Origin: the human T2T-CHM13v2.0 reference genome, Homo sapiens
NCBI RefSeq assembly: GCF_009914755.1
Contig: NC_060936.1
Length of the DNA stretch: 64,000 nt
Direction: 5' to 3' (one strand)
The notes below the pieces were generated by a model. The model was given only the letters and a program-made list of their open reading frames with translations, was not told where the DNA came from and searched no databases. Below, piece after piece: positions 43,925-59,332 of this stretch (position 1 is its first letter; each line of letters starts with the position of its first letter). The position numbers and the translations under genes were made by a program.

Positions 43925-44241
43925 TCTGTTTTTTGTATTTTTTGTTTTTTATTTTTCTTTGAGACAGGTCTTACTCTGTCACCCAGGCTGCAGTGCAGTG
44001 GCATGATCACAGCTCACTGTAGCCTTGACCTCCTGGGCTCAAGCCATCCTCCCACCTCAGCCTCCTGAGTAGCTGGGACTACAGGCGCACACCACCACAC
44101 CTGGCTAATTTTTCATTTTTTTGTAGAGATGAGGTCTCACTATATTGCCCAGGCTGGTCTCAAACTCCTGGGCTCAAGTGATCCTCCTACCTTGGCCTAC
44201 CACAGTGCTAGGATTACAGGTGTGAGCCACCGCGCCCAGAC
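43925..44241 (-). mobile_element. AluJ inside an L2 remnant (about 43860-44550)
   Basis: TSD ttcctctggatcttt / ttcctctagatcttt. Confidence 0.96.
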
Positions 44242-44998
44242 TTCCTCTAGATCTTTACTCGGCTGTCTTCCTTTCATTCCTATCTCAGCAAAAACGTCAC
44301 CACCTAGAGAAACTTTGTTTTCTCCCATGGCCCAAATCTAAAGTAGCTCCCACTGCCTGTTTTAGCTCTTAGAAGACAGCCTCTGAGATGATCTTGTTTT
44401 GTATTTCTCTCTGTCTCTATGAGAAGAGGAGTTCTGCGAGAACAAAGCCCTTGCACTTGTCTGTCTCTGTCCAGTGCTGTTTCTTCCTCCCACCCTTGGC
44501 CGAGCCTAGCAGGATGCCTAGCACATAGTAGGTACTCAAATTGTGTTGAGAAGAAGGTCACAATTCCTATCTCCAAGGGTCCCACTGACTAGAATGAGAG
44601 ATGGAAAAGTCAGTAACTAGTTATAACTGTGGTGTTGAAAAGCAGTGTGAGAAGGAGTAGACCCCAGGCTGTCTGGGTTCTAATCCATGTAACTCTAAAA
44701 TCGCTTGTGCCTCAGTTTTCTCATTAAAATGAGGTGAAGTAACAGTACCTTTCTTATACATCTGTTGTGAGGATTAAATCTAATAAATGTAAAGCCTGAG
44801 CAAAGTACCTGGTATAGAGTGGACCATCAGGAAATGTTAGTTGTGATGAAGAGGATGATGAAGATGATGAAATGGTGGTGGTGGGGATGGTTATGGTGAT
44901 AGTTGCAGGGGGAGAGCCTAACTTTTCAGGGAGGGCTTCACATACGAAGTGCACTTTGAGCTGAATTTCCAAAGGCAAGTAGTAATGCCTTAGGGCAG

Positions 44999-45897
44999 TG
45001 TCTTAGTTACCATTGCTGTTTTATTAGTCTGATCTTACACTGCTATAAAGAACTACCTGAGACTGGGTAATTTATGAAACAAAGAGGTTTAATTGACCTA
45101 CAGTTCCACAAGCTGTATAGGAAGCATGGCTGGGAGGCCTCAGGGAACTTACAATCATGGCAGAAGGCGAAGGGGAAGCAAGCAAATCTTCACATGGTGT
45201 CAGCGAGAGAGAGAGAGAGAGAGAGAGTGAGAACTAGGAGGGAAGTGCCACACCCTTAAACCATCAGATCTTGAGAGAACTCACTATCATGAGAACAGCA
45301 TGGGGGGAAATCTGCCCCCATGATCCAATCACCTTCCAATGTTAGGTTCGTCCCCCAGCATTGCGAATTACAATTCAGCATGAGATTTGGATGGGACACA
45401 GAGCCAAACCATATCAGCTGCATAACAAATTGTCACAAATCTGGCAGCTTAAAACAACACACGTTTATTATATCACAGTTTTTTTGGGTCAGGAACATGA
45501 GCACAACTTAGATGGGCCCTTTGCCTTAGGGTCTCTCTCTGGCCTCAGTGAAGGTATCAGCCAGGGCTGGGGTCTCATCAGAAGGCTTGACTGGGGAAGG
45601 ATCCACTTCCAAGCTCACATGATTGCTGGCAGGATTTGATTCTTGCCATGTTGGTGTCTCTGGTCAGCTCACAACAAGGCAGCTTACTTCATCAAAGCCA
45701 TCGAGAGAGTGATGGCACAAGGGACGTTATAATCTTATATAATGTAATCATGGAAGCAATATGTCCTCACCTTTGCTGTATTCTATTATTTAGAAGCAAG
45801 TTAGGCTAGCTTATGCTCAAGGGGGAAGGGGCATTACACAGGCTGTGAATACCAGGATTTGGGGGTTACTGGGGTTGTCTTAGAATCTTTCCACCAT
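44999..45897 (-). mobile_element. MLT1D/E-like LTR interrupted by an MSTA LTR
   Basis: tgtcttagttaccattgctg resumes gctgcataacaaatt...gcttaaaacaacacacgtttatta. Confidence 0.8.
45020..45416 (-). mobile_element. MSTA solo LTR
   Basis: actgctataaagaactacctgagactgggtaatttatg...gagccaaaccatatca. Confidence 0.92.
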
Positions 45898-48001
45898 AGA
45901 TAACAAGAGGGGACCGAGGGTTTGACAGGAGGGGCAATCCAGGCAGAGGGAACAGCATGTGCAAGGGCCAAGAGACAGGGGGCACCATGTCCTAGTGAGG
46001 AAATGCCCATCTTGATGGGCCTGGCTGACCAGTGACTGGCAAAGTGTTTGAAATGAGGGTAAGACAGGGAGCAAGGATGCATGGGCTCTGGTGCTGGTAT
46101 TACTGCTCCTGGTGATGATTCAGGGTATGTTCCTTGCTCTGGGCTTCCATTTCCCCAGCTGCGTAAAGCAAGAGGCATGTCCTGGATCAGGCATTTTCAC
46201 CCTGGGTACCAGGGAAGCTGGGGCCCCACAGAGAAATCTCAGGGACTGCTGGGGAGGATGGAGGAGGAGTGAGCATCCCCTGCCTCTTTGCCAGAGCAGC
46301 TCTGCTTCGATCTGTGCAATACTGAGATTTCTGTATATGATTTTCTTTCTTTCAACAGAGGCTTCCATGACTTAAAAACAGGTGAAAATGCCAGCACTAG
46401 CTGCCCTCAGAGAACCATCTTATGCTGACCGCATGTGGTTCTCTTATGGTTCCTATGGGCTTGAGCCAGGACCAAAACCTAAGACCCTGAGCCAGCCAAC
46501 CAGTGATATTGCTTTCCCCATCCAGAATGAGGAAAAAGGGGGACTTGAGGCTGTACCGGGGTTGGTGGGGAGGTATGTTACTGAGTTACTGGAAAATCCA
46601 GTTTCCGAGCTTGTGATCTCAACTATTTCATTCATTCACTCACTCAGTTGTTCATTTGTTCTTTTACTCACTCAATGCTGTGTTGGCAAATGGCAGTCAG
46701 TGTTAACGTGGGGCTTTATTAAGTCCACCTCCAAAATGTTTTGTCAATGCTAAGCTTGTGAAATAAGAAACTCTGATTCTAGCCACATCAGGGAGGCAGG
46801 TAGCAGTCGAGGTTGTGCACACCTTGTGGCTTGCTCTCTAGAGAAAGGGCACCATGTCAGAGGCCATGTCTCTATTCTCTGGTGGAACCCATGGAAAAGA
46901 GTATCTGTAGGAATGGTGGGCAGAATGGGGAGTGGAGATGAGTAGGGTAAGGAAGAGTTGACCCATAGAAGGGGAAATATATTTTTGTAATAGGGTTTTT
47001 ACTTTTTAGATTTGTGGGTTAAATTTCTGTAATCTGGAGTGACCTGAGAAGATACTTCATTCGTCTTCTAGACAGGAGGCACACACCTTTCCTTTTGCCT
47101 CTTTCCCCATCATTTCCTGTCTTCTCTGCATATTTTTAATTTTATAGAAGACACTGTTCTGTGTAGGACTCAGAGAAACAGCTGGTTCTCTCTGGTTTGG
47201 GAACTAATTGCCACTCCCTAGCTGTGGGATCTTGGACAAGTGGCCCAACCACCCTGAACTCAGGGGTCCAGGATGGGGGTTGGGCCCCACAATTTCTAAG
47301 CTCCTCATGGCCATGCCTGGGAGGCTGGGTTCTGCCAGACTGCTGTGTCCGGAAGCATTAAAATTCATTGTCTTCCCTGGAGCCAACTCTAGGCTCCATT
47401 AAACAGCTTGTCCCTGAGGCAGCTGGAGCTGGCAAGGGGCCTGTTCTTAAAAGCAACAGGTTGTGTGTTGGCAGCCGCACAAAGGCAGCCCTGGGGGGGT
47501 CCAGCCCCTGCTGCTCTCCGGGCAGGGAGTCCAGGTGGATGAGAAAGGAAGGTGTCTGTCCTCCGGGAAGGAAGGGAGAGGGATTACCATCAGGTGGTGG
47601 GAGGGGCAGCTCTCCTGAATCAGACCCTGGAACACTTGACCGAGGCAGCTCCACATTTTGGGGTCTCAGTGGTACAGGTGTGGAGCACATGCAGGGATGA
47701 GCTTTGGAGGGACCAGAAAGACCCCCCTCCGCTGGAAAGACAAGGCACAGGAATAGCAGCAGCTGATGCTTGTTTATTTTTTTATTCTGTATAAGTTAGT
47801 TACATGTATTATCTCTAACATCTAAGATGGTGTGGGGCCCTGTGGGACCCCATTTTACAGAGGAGAAACTGAGGCTCTGAGACCTCAGGAGACTTATTCT
47901 AGGTGGTTCAGCTGGCTCCAAAGCCCCCCTTTTCCCAGCTAAGAGATTATATGAGGGCTACAGGAAGAGGATCCCTGTGATCCTGGAGTTTGGCAGGGTG
48001 G

Positions 48002-48813
<812 letters not shown>

Positions 48814-50044
48814 AGTGGGGATGTCTGTAAGGCGGGAATGTGCAGGGGCGGAGTTGGGCTGAAGGGAAGTGAACTCACTTCTGCCTCTTTCTGGTTCTCT
48901 GGGCTGTGCACCTGGGAACAGGGCTCCTTCACCGCTCATCACCAGCTGGGAACCTGGTTGCTGGAGAGGCCAGGTCATGAGGGGCTTATAGGCCTTGGTA
49001 AAGGCTTTGGACCTGATCCTGGACTAGGCAGAGCCATTGAAGGAGCTGAAGTGGAGGTGTGTATGGTCAGAGTGCATGGTGAGCATTGGGAGGGGGATGC
49101 ACCGGGCGGGGACAGGAGAAGGGGGGCACCGGCCTGGGTCTCAGATAATGACGGCCCAGGGGAGAGGAGCAGGGCCTGAAGCCCAGAGGGGAGAGGAGGG
49201 CGGCTGGACAGGAATCCAGGTGGTCAGGTGGGCAGGCCTTGCTCTCAAAGGGAGAGGGCGGGAGAGGAGGGAACATTTGTTGAGTGAATTGAAGGAGTCT
49301 GTAGCGAAGGAGGGTGGATTGTCCCTAGGAGGAGCAAGAGCATGGTGGGAGGGAAGGAAGTGGGAAGAGAGGCGAGGAAACCAGCTCACTCCATCTCACT
49401 GACCGCGGATTCTTCTCCCAGGGAAATGTGGGAACGAAATTAATCCTGAAGCTTCCCCAGGTTTCTGTGATTCTCAACCAGTGTGGGCTGGAGCAATCAG
49501 AGAAGCCTTCGTGGGGGTGTAGGTCTGACTTGGGGGAAGGAAGTATAGAGGCAGGAAAGCAGGGGATGCATTTCAGGGGTGGGGACAACCTGTACAGAGG
49601 CCCAGGGCTGAAGCTGAGTGCAGTTCCACCCAGGGCCAGAGAGGACCAGCTCTGCTGTGCGGAGAGGACCTTTTCCAGCCGCAGCAGCAGCTTCTGTCCT
49701 CCAGCCGTGGAGATGTGCAGTTACTCCCCCTCATCAATATTTCAGCCTTGACTTTCACAAAGCACCCCCTCTGCCTCTTTGCCTCCCCCAGCAGCCTGGG
49801 TGAATAAAGGGAAGAGCTGACGCTGTCCCTGCTGGTGGGCATGCCAGGGCCAGAGCGGGACCTGTCGAAGCCTTCGCACCTGTCTGTGACTTGAGGTAGA
49901 TGAGACTTCTTGAAACCGAGCCCCTAGCCCTCTGCCTGGCTGTCTCCTAGGCCCCTTCTCTGTACCTGTCTTTATGATTTGTTTTAAGGAAAAGCTGGGG
50001 AGGGAGCTCGAAGTCTCCTTATTCTCTGAATGATGTTCATCTGA

Positions 50045-50473
<429 letters not shown>

Positions 50474-50988
50474 TAATTCTAAGTCCTCGGGCACCAGGAG
50501 CATCTCTAATAGAGACTTTTCAAAAATGATTTTAGGTTTCTATGTGGGTGACTGCTTCCTAAGCAGGTGAGTAACAAACCCATCTTAATAGCACAGCTGC
50601 ATTCTCCATTGGAGGTGGGTGCAATCTGCTTCTGGACGGTAGGCTTCTGAGGCAGGAGTGTGTCTTACAAGGTTGTGTTCCCACCGAGAGGGAGGAGCTG
50701 TGGTTCCCCAGTATCAATCAGTGGGGTGGGAACAGGGACGGTGTTGTCTTTTCTGTGCTTCCAGAACACCATGGGACTCTCCTAGCACTTCTGGGCTTGG
50801 CTACCTCTCTAGGTATCGCCTCTCTAAGCTGTAAACTCAAGGACAGGGATAGTATTTTGTTTTTGTTTTTCAGTTGCTGTATCCCCAGAGCCTAGCACAG
50901 TACTTGGCATGTAGTAAATGTTCAACAAATTAATTCATCCATTCACTTCTCAAGTACTTACTGAGCACCTACTATGTGCCAGCCTTCA

Positions 50989-51402
<414 letters not shown>

Positions 51403-51491
51403 ACACATGCATGGTAAATAACATAATTTGGGGTAATGAAGAATGCCATTTAAGCAGGGCTAGGAAATGGAGTGATGAAGTGGGAAAGCTA

Positions 51492-51572
51492 TAGGTTGGT
51501 GCAAAAGTAATTGTGGTTTTTGCCATTTTAAAAGTAGTGGAGAAAACAGTAATTACTTTTGCACCAACCTAA
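51492..51572. mobile_element. MADE1 (Hsmar1-derived MITE)
   Basis: taggttggtgcaaaagtaatt...aattacttttgcaccaaccta inverted repeats, TA flanks, about 80 bp. Confidence 0.96.
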
Positions 51573-52759
51573 TATTTTGGAAGGTACCGTTGAGGAAGTC
51601 TTCCCTGAAGGGTGGCTTTTGAGCAGAGACTGAAGGGATGGGAAGGGTGAGCCATGGGAATTTCTAAGGGAAGAGTGTTTGTGGCAGAGGGAATACCAAG
51701 GACAAAGGCTCAGAGTTGGGGATGAGCTAGGCATGTTAGAGGAATGATGAGGCTGGATTGGGTGGGAGAGGCAGGCAAGGGTTAGATTACATAGGGTCTT
51801 AATAGTCAAGGTTGGGTGTTTGATTGATTATAATCCAGGTTAGTATTGACCAGATGCACATGAAAGGCCTGCAGGAAACCAAATTAGTATTGAAAAAAGA
51901 TAAGGCAGTTGTATGAATATGGTTCTGTTCAACCCTGTTTGCAGTTTACCTTCTGCTCATAGATAGAGAGGCACTGCTTTGTAGTTAATCTAAGAATTCA
52001 ACATGGCAGAGGAGTGGGAAGGTTTGGTTGAGCCATGGGGGGGTTCATGGTACCTTCTAGGAATTCAGTCTTTGATGGGGTGAATTTGATGTGTGCTATT
52101 CAAACTCAAAAACATGGATCAGCACCGGGAAGCATCTTGAGATAGGGGTGGGAAGAGACGGTCATACCTCAGCAGGCAGCATTAGTACTTTATGGTACTT
52201 TATAATTGGGCAGCAGAAAAGGCACAAGACTTGAATTTGAAAGATAAGGTTTCTAGTTCCAGTTCCTCCACTTATGGAGTGGTCTTGGATTTGTCATTTA
52301 ACCTCTACAAGCTTAGTTTCTGCAGGTGATGTCCTTGTTCTGCTTTTCCATAGTGAATCTGAAAACCCTTTGCAAACTGTTGCTGCTACATCCTCCATTA
52401 TAAACCCTTCTATTAGACTGTGAGCTCCTTGAGTATGGGGGCTGCATTTCACGCATTCTGGGTCTCTTGGAATTAGCAGAATGCCAAGGTGCTCACTGGA
52501 TTTGCTGTGAATCGAATTCTGCTGTGACATTGCTGTGGTCAGCCATGTCTTCCGGGGACAGAGTCTGCAACAGAAGTGTCACATAACCTGGGAGAAGAGT
52601 GCTCAAATTGGAGCTGAAATTCTAGCTCAGTGACTTAGAGGGGCTTGGCTTAGACTAGTCACTTAACTTCCTTATGGTACTTTTTCCCATCTGCGAGATG
52701 AGTAAGATAATTTTACCAAACTCATGTGCTATTTGTGAGTGTCAGATGAAGAAACATGA

Positions 52760-53180
52760 GTGTATTAGGTTATAGGACTGGCTGCTATTCCATGGCAACC
52801 AGATAGCAATGGCTTTCAGAAGATGGGAGTTCATCTCTCACTAAACAGTCCTGACATGGCCTGATGTGGCGACGCCATGGCATCAGAAGCCCAGACCCCT
52901 CCCATCTTGTTGTTCTGCCCCCACACTGAGGGTTGACCTTATCCATGTAGCCCAGGATGGCTCTCCACTACATTCTTATCCCTTGCAGGGAAAGGGGGAA
53001 CAGTGACAAAGGGTGTCTTCATAATCCCATTGGCCAGAACTGGGCCATGTGGTGTACTTCTTGTTCAAAGGGGTTTTTAGCTGGTCTTTATTCTAGGTAC
53101 CAGCGTGCCTGACTCAGTTTCTAACACTATGAAAGAAGGCAAGACCAGGTTTTGGGGAACAAGTGAAGTCTCTGCCACAG
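52760..53180 (-). mobile_element. Old MLT1 LTR
   Basis: tgtattaggttatagg...cccattggccagaactgg...gtctctgccaca. Confidence 0.6.
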
Positions 53181-53375
53181 CAAAATAAAAGATAATTCTG
53201 AATTTTGAAGTGGAATGATTCAGGGCTCACCCACAGCTTGAATTGGAAATGATTTGATTCTGCTGGAGTCTAATGGAAAACAACGCCCTGTATCTTCTGT
53301 ATTATTATTGTCATTGAATGCTTGCTTGGTGCCAGCCACTGCGCTAAGGGTTTCATAGGTGCTATTTCTGGTTAA

Positions 53376-53567
<192 letters not shown>

Positions 53568-54644
53568 TAGGGAAGTCAGAGGAGGGATTGGAACTTGGGA
53601 ATGCTGGACTCCAGAGCTCATACCCTCAATAGCTCCTACTGCCCAGTCTCCTGGTTCCAATCTGGTGTTTCTGCTCTGGATATATCTAGTTTTTCTGCCC
53701 CCACCTTCCTGGCTGGGCCTCGTTTCCAGAAATGCCACTGACATGGAGGGGACACTAGTGCTCTGGTTGGTGTTGTTCCTAGCAGCACTGTCATCCACCC
53801 GAAATGGAATTGATTCGCAGAAATACGGGTCACCACGGAGGAGGCTGCTCATGCTGGTAGGAGAGGGCTTAGGTCCCACAGAGGTCAAGTGGGCAGGGTT
53901 AGGAAAACCAGCTCTAGGTGGACAGATATGATTTGGGAATTACCATTTCGAAGGGATTTAGACTTCCTACTGCCTTTGAGGGTCACCTGCGGCTCTGTAA
54001 ACACAGAGAAGATGAGGCCATCTTCCCCCTGCACCTGAGTTACTCTGGTAGGAAAAAGCGCAGAGCCCGTAATAGTGGTCAGAGCCTTTGCTTGAGCCTT
54101 CCAGAACCTTCCCTGGCCCAGAGCAAAACTCAAAAGTCTCCTCAGGCTAAAGTGACTGCACTTTGTCCTGTTGGCAAATTGGTTGGTTTAGTGTGTTTAG
54201 AATTCAGCACCCATTTCTCAATGATATCAAAATCATTATCCAACGAAAGGTGATCGTATCCTGGTTTAGTTGCAAGATTTTAGAGCTCAAGGGGGCTTAG
54301 GCATTATTAATCCAATCCTTATCTCACAGAGGACCAGAAAGCCTGCCTGCCGGGCCTGCCCAGGGTCCGGTAGCTACGTTGAGTTAGGGCTGAGTCTTTG
54401 GGGGCCCTACCTGAGCATGAGGGACAGGACTTTGTGAATTCTCATATAGGCAACAGAGGTGGCAATTCATGACGACTGGACATTTGTCTGCCTCTTGGCA
54501 CCTTCTCAAAGCACATAATGGGTTAAAGGGGCATTCTTGATTCTCCACTGTGTTGGCTTACCATTTTGGTGCCTCAGTTTCCCCATCTGTGAAATGGGTA
54601 TGGTAGTAACAGAACTCACCTCATAGAGGGTTGTTGTGAAGTGG

Positions 54645-54960
54645 TTTTTTTTGTTGTTGTTGTTTGTTTGTTTGTTTGTTTTAGATGTAGTCTTGCTCTG
54701 TTGCCAAGGCTGGAGTGCAGTGGCATGATCTTGGCTCACTCAACCTCCGTCCCCCCGGGTTCAAGTGATTCTCGTGTCTCAGCCTCCCGAGTAGCTGGGA
54801 TTACAGGCGCTCACTACCAAGCCTGACTAATTTTTGTATTTTCAGTAGAGATGGTTTTGCCTGTTGGCCAGGCTGGTCTCGAACTCCTGACCTCAAGTGA
54901 TCCGCCTGCCTCGGCCTCCCTAAGTGCTGGGATTACAGGTGTGAGCCACTGTGCTCGGCC
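54645..54960 (-). mobile_element. AluSx-like inside a MIR
   Basis: (TTG)/(TTTG) tail; cctcaagtgatccgcctgcctcggcc. Confidence 0.97.
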
Positions 54961-56334
54961 ATTGTTGAGCTGATAGTGTCTGCTGTGCTTAGACCGTGTC
55001 CAGCATGAGGGAAACACTCAAAGCAGTCGTTGTGATCACTTCCATAGTAGCCTTTTTCACTCTCGCTCAAGGGGCTGTATGCTCCTAAGAAAGCTTGGGG
55101 ATCTTTGTCTCATTCATCTTTGTATTTCCTAGGTCACATCATCCATCAGCTTAAAAACTTTTTTGTTTACCTTGACTATCTCCAGTGTGCCATGCATGAA
55201 TTCTTCAACAGTCATAATAGCCTTTTCATCCATAAATGTAATTTTAGCTTGTTTAATAGCCTCGCAGAACATGACCTTTTCCATGATAAATTGGCAGGAA
55301 ATAAACCCATCCTTCTTCCATGGGGTAGACTGTTGAGATGGTGGGGGTTGGTGTTCTTGTTCTGGATCTGGTGGGAGTGGTTGTGGATGTTTGCTCTTGG
55401 TGGTTTTCAGCGCACATGTAAGGGGCTTTCTGGGGTTGTATGGTTCGGGAGGGGTTTGGAGTAGGCTCTGCTTGGCCCTGGAATGGGTCAGGTGGGGAGC
55501 GTTTCTCAGTTTCTTATAGGTGCTCAGTTGTCATTTGACTCCACAGCCTGCTCTTAGTTACCCTCTGTGTAAGTGGTTCTGGGGTCTGGCACTACTAAGG
55601 TGTGGCTGGAATATGTTCCTGGGACAGTTATTTGAGATCTACGTGGAGACACCCAGGAGCATCGAGGATCAGGTAGACTCAGTCTCTGCCCCTAGGAGCT
55701 CTAACAAAACCCTGTTTCCCCCTAGTCTTCCCCTTTTCTGCAGCTCCAAGGATGAGCACCCCCCAGAGTGGGCTGAGACCTGAGCTTCCCAGGTGGGTCT
55801 CCTCGGTGTGTCTTCATAGTTCAGCAAACACCTGATGTTTCCCTGTGGGGACCAGCCCACTGGGGCATTACAGAAGCCCAGACACACTCCAGAGTCCAAA
55901 CACTTGGGTGTAGATCCCACTTTGCCACTCTGTGGCTCCCAGTCTGGGACAGTGCGGGAGGCACATGTGGAATAAATCTGTGTTGGACGAATGACAATTA
56001 GTGTGTTGCCTTGGGCAAGTCATCTCATCTCTCAATCCCTCAGCTTCTTATCTCTAAAGTAGAGATCATAGTGTCCACCTCATGGTGCTCTTGAGAGAAT
56101 TAAATGAGATAGTGCCTCTGAAGCTGGAACCACAGTGCTCAGGGTTTAGCGGGTCTGCAAACAATGTAACTGTTGGTGTTATGATATTATTCCTGTGGCC
56201 CCTCACTGCAAGGCTCTTGGAGCCTAGTTCCCTCCCAATATTAAGCCTTGTTAAATCTTGCCTCTTTTTTCCCCAAGTCTGCCTAAGGATAGAATTGTCC
56301 AAGATGCACATCGGTGATCCTTTGCCAATGTATT

Positions 56335-56698
56335 TGTATTCGTACATTTTCATACTGCTATCAAGAAATACCCGAGACTGGGTAATTGATAAAGAAAATG
56401 AGATTTAATGGACTCACAGTTCCACATGGCTGGGGAGGCCTCACAATGATGGTGGAAGGTGAAGGAGGAGCAAAGGCACATCTTACATGGTGGCAGGCAA
56501 GAGAGTGTGTGCAGGGGAACTGCCCTTTATGAAACCATGAGATCTCTTGAGATTTACTCACTATCATGAGAACAGCACAGGAAAAACCCACCCCCTTGAT
56601 TCAATTACATCCCACCAGGTCCTTCTTGTGACATGTGGGGATTATGGGAGCTACAATTCAAGATGAGATTTGGGTGGGGACACAGCCAAACCACATCA
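56335..56698 (-). mobile_element. THE1B/C solo LTR
   Basis: TSD gtatt on both sides; gcaggggaactgccctttat. Confidence 0.93.
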
Positions 56699-56823
56699 GT
56701 ATTATTTTCCCCCCAATAAGATAATTTGCCATTCACATCTAGGGTGACTCCAGTGGTGGGGACTCAAGGGCTCCCTGGTGGCGAATGGTGGTAGGTGGAG
56801 AAACCAGCTGTATCTACCTCTGA

Positions 56824-57201
<378 letters not shown>

Positions 57202-58636
57202 TAAATTGTCTACCTGAGTATTAACCCATGGCTCAGGAGGCCCCCAGCACTAAGACGCTCTATCACCAGTATTTGAGGAGTCTTCAGGCAGCGGGGCAGG
57301 GAGTAAGAGACAGAACAAATGCTCCAGGATGAGGAGACCCAGGGGATTTGTGCGGCTCCGGCATCGCCAGCATAGTTGTTAGGAAACCTGGGCTAATTAG
57401 GGTGCTCTGTTGTTCTTCTCAGCAGGCCCTTGAAATTGGGCAGACTTCTGGCTCACCTCTTAGAGAGAAAGGAACACTGTGTACCACTTTCTCCCTGTGT
57501 TTGCCACAGGGAAATGGCTATGGTTGCTGAGAAGTTGGGACAGAACCTGCAGGCGTGTGCTTACCACGTTTCTTGGGAGAGCAGGGATGGTCTGTGTGGC
57601 AGCCACATTCTCACTCCTTTGTGCTTCCCCTTTTGCCTCCATTCCTAGGCCTGTGAATGATCTAGATTCTCTGGACACACTCAGCCTTCTGGAGTATGTC
57701 CAGGCAGCATGACTGTGGCATGCAAAAAACAAGGGCTTGGAAGCCATTCTCTGGCCGTGTGATGTTCATGAGAGTTAACCTGATGACTCTGTGCCTCAGT
57801 GTCACTGCTCTAATGGGAATCTAGAATATTCTTCACTGAGAGGTTTTGAGGCTTTATGGTCCCCCATAAATTACTTCTTTCTCTGTTCTTTCCCCTAAGC
57901 CCTATCTCAAAGTCTATTCCAGTCCTTATTGTCACTTGTGTGAAATTCTCCTTTCTCTGCTCTTTCTTCTAAATTGCATCTAGCGGTTGGGGTGGGGGGG
58001 CGGTCTGCCTACAAAATGAAAGCCACTCATAATGGAAATAATTTTAGACTCACACAGGAGTTACTGTGACTCAACAGCTGAACAAAAACGCTTGGTTTCT
58101 CATGCTGGGAGATAGTCCTCCATCCCCACAGGTCCTGGCAGAGGAGCAACTTTGTGACTTTCACCTGAGGACCTGTGGGGTGTGCTCTCAGGGATTGTGA
58201 GGGTGGGTTCTGGAGGGATCTTCTCAACACAGACAGCCTTTTTCCTCTCTTTGCAGCAGAGGGACTCCTTTGAACCCATGAGTGTGGCCTTTATAACTCA
58301 ATGCTCAGAATGTTTGAAAGAATAGGTCTTTAGAAAGTCGAAATTACCCTCTGTTCGGGAAATTACAAACACCTACAGGTACATACACCTCCCATGTTCC
58401 CCTAGTGTGAGTACGGCAGACATCACTAATGGATCCCAGCACCTTTCTCTGTGCTGAACCTGAATGGAACCTTAGAATCTTTTCCCCATAGTGCCTGAGC
58501 CTGAGAAAATATATACTTTTATAGTTATAGAAATTGAGACCCAGAGACTTAAGTATCTAGTGTAAGGCAGTCTTCTTGTAAGGTGAATGAATATAAATAT
58601 ATATACACACACATGTATATGTAAATTTTATGTTGG

Positions 58637-58725
58637 CAAGTTTTGCAAATTGTTCCTGATGGAACACCTCCCGCCCAATACATTTAAATCTGAGGTTCTT
58701 TATCAGGACCAATTTGCAAAACTTG
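58637..58725. repeat. Inverted repeat, 24-bp arms with one mismatch, 41-nt spacer
   Basis: caagttttgcaaattgttcctgat ... atcaggaccaatttgcaaaacttg. Confidence 0.95.
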
Positions 58726-59332
58726 TTGCTGTCTCTAAAGAATGGAGTACACTATCACACTGATAAAGTAGTGTATCCCTTACGCTTGCCAGTTTGAGCT
58801 GCAGGAATATTTGGGAAAATGAGCTGCATGTGTCAGATGGGCCACATCACCTGGAGCAGGCAGAATGCACCTGAGATGGAGGATGACTGACAAGTTGGAA
58901 CATTTTTTGCTAGGCAAGGAGGTGCAGTTACAAAATATCTGCCTGCTTCAATCAGATCTGGCAGAAAATGCAATCCTTTCCTAGAGGGTAGAGAAACATT
59001 TGTTTGAAATGATTAGTTTCTTTTTGGGTAGAAAGGTGTTCCCTGGGTGGATGTTTTATGAGGCTTATGTCTGTCCCTCTCTCCCTGCCTCTTCCTTTAT
59101 TTCCTTTTGTCCTTTAAGATCCAGCTCCCTTCTCCAGGAATCTTCCCCTCTGCTGCCTGCCCAAAGTACCTCTAGTTCCATTCCTGTTGAAACACTTAAT
59201 TCTGTCCCCAGTGAGAGCCTCACAGCTCCACCTAGCATGAGCTCTCCTGTGAATTTTTTCCTGTGTACCTGACAATGTTGAGCAAGGATCCAGGGTCACA
59301 CAGCCCATGAGCTGTGTGCAAAGTTTAGAGGT

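Noticed and set aside
48830-49900. GC-richer purine stretch as a promoter or CpG island
   Set aside because: CpGs are sparse and part of it resembles decayed L2
53665-53931. 88-aa ORF with signal-peptide-like hydrophobic stretches
   Set aside because: GTG start, no recognisable homology; T/G-rich DNA readily yields hydrophobic translations
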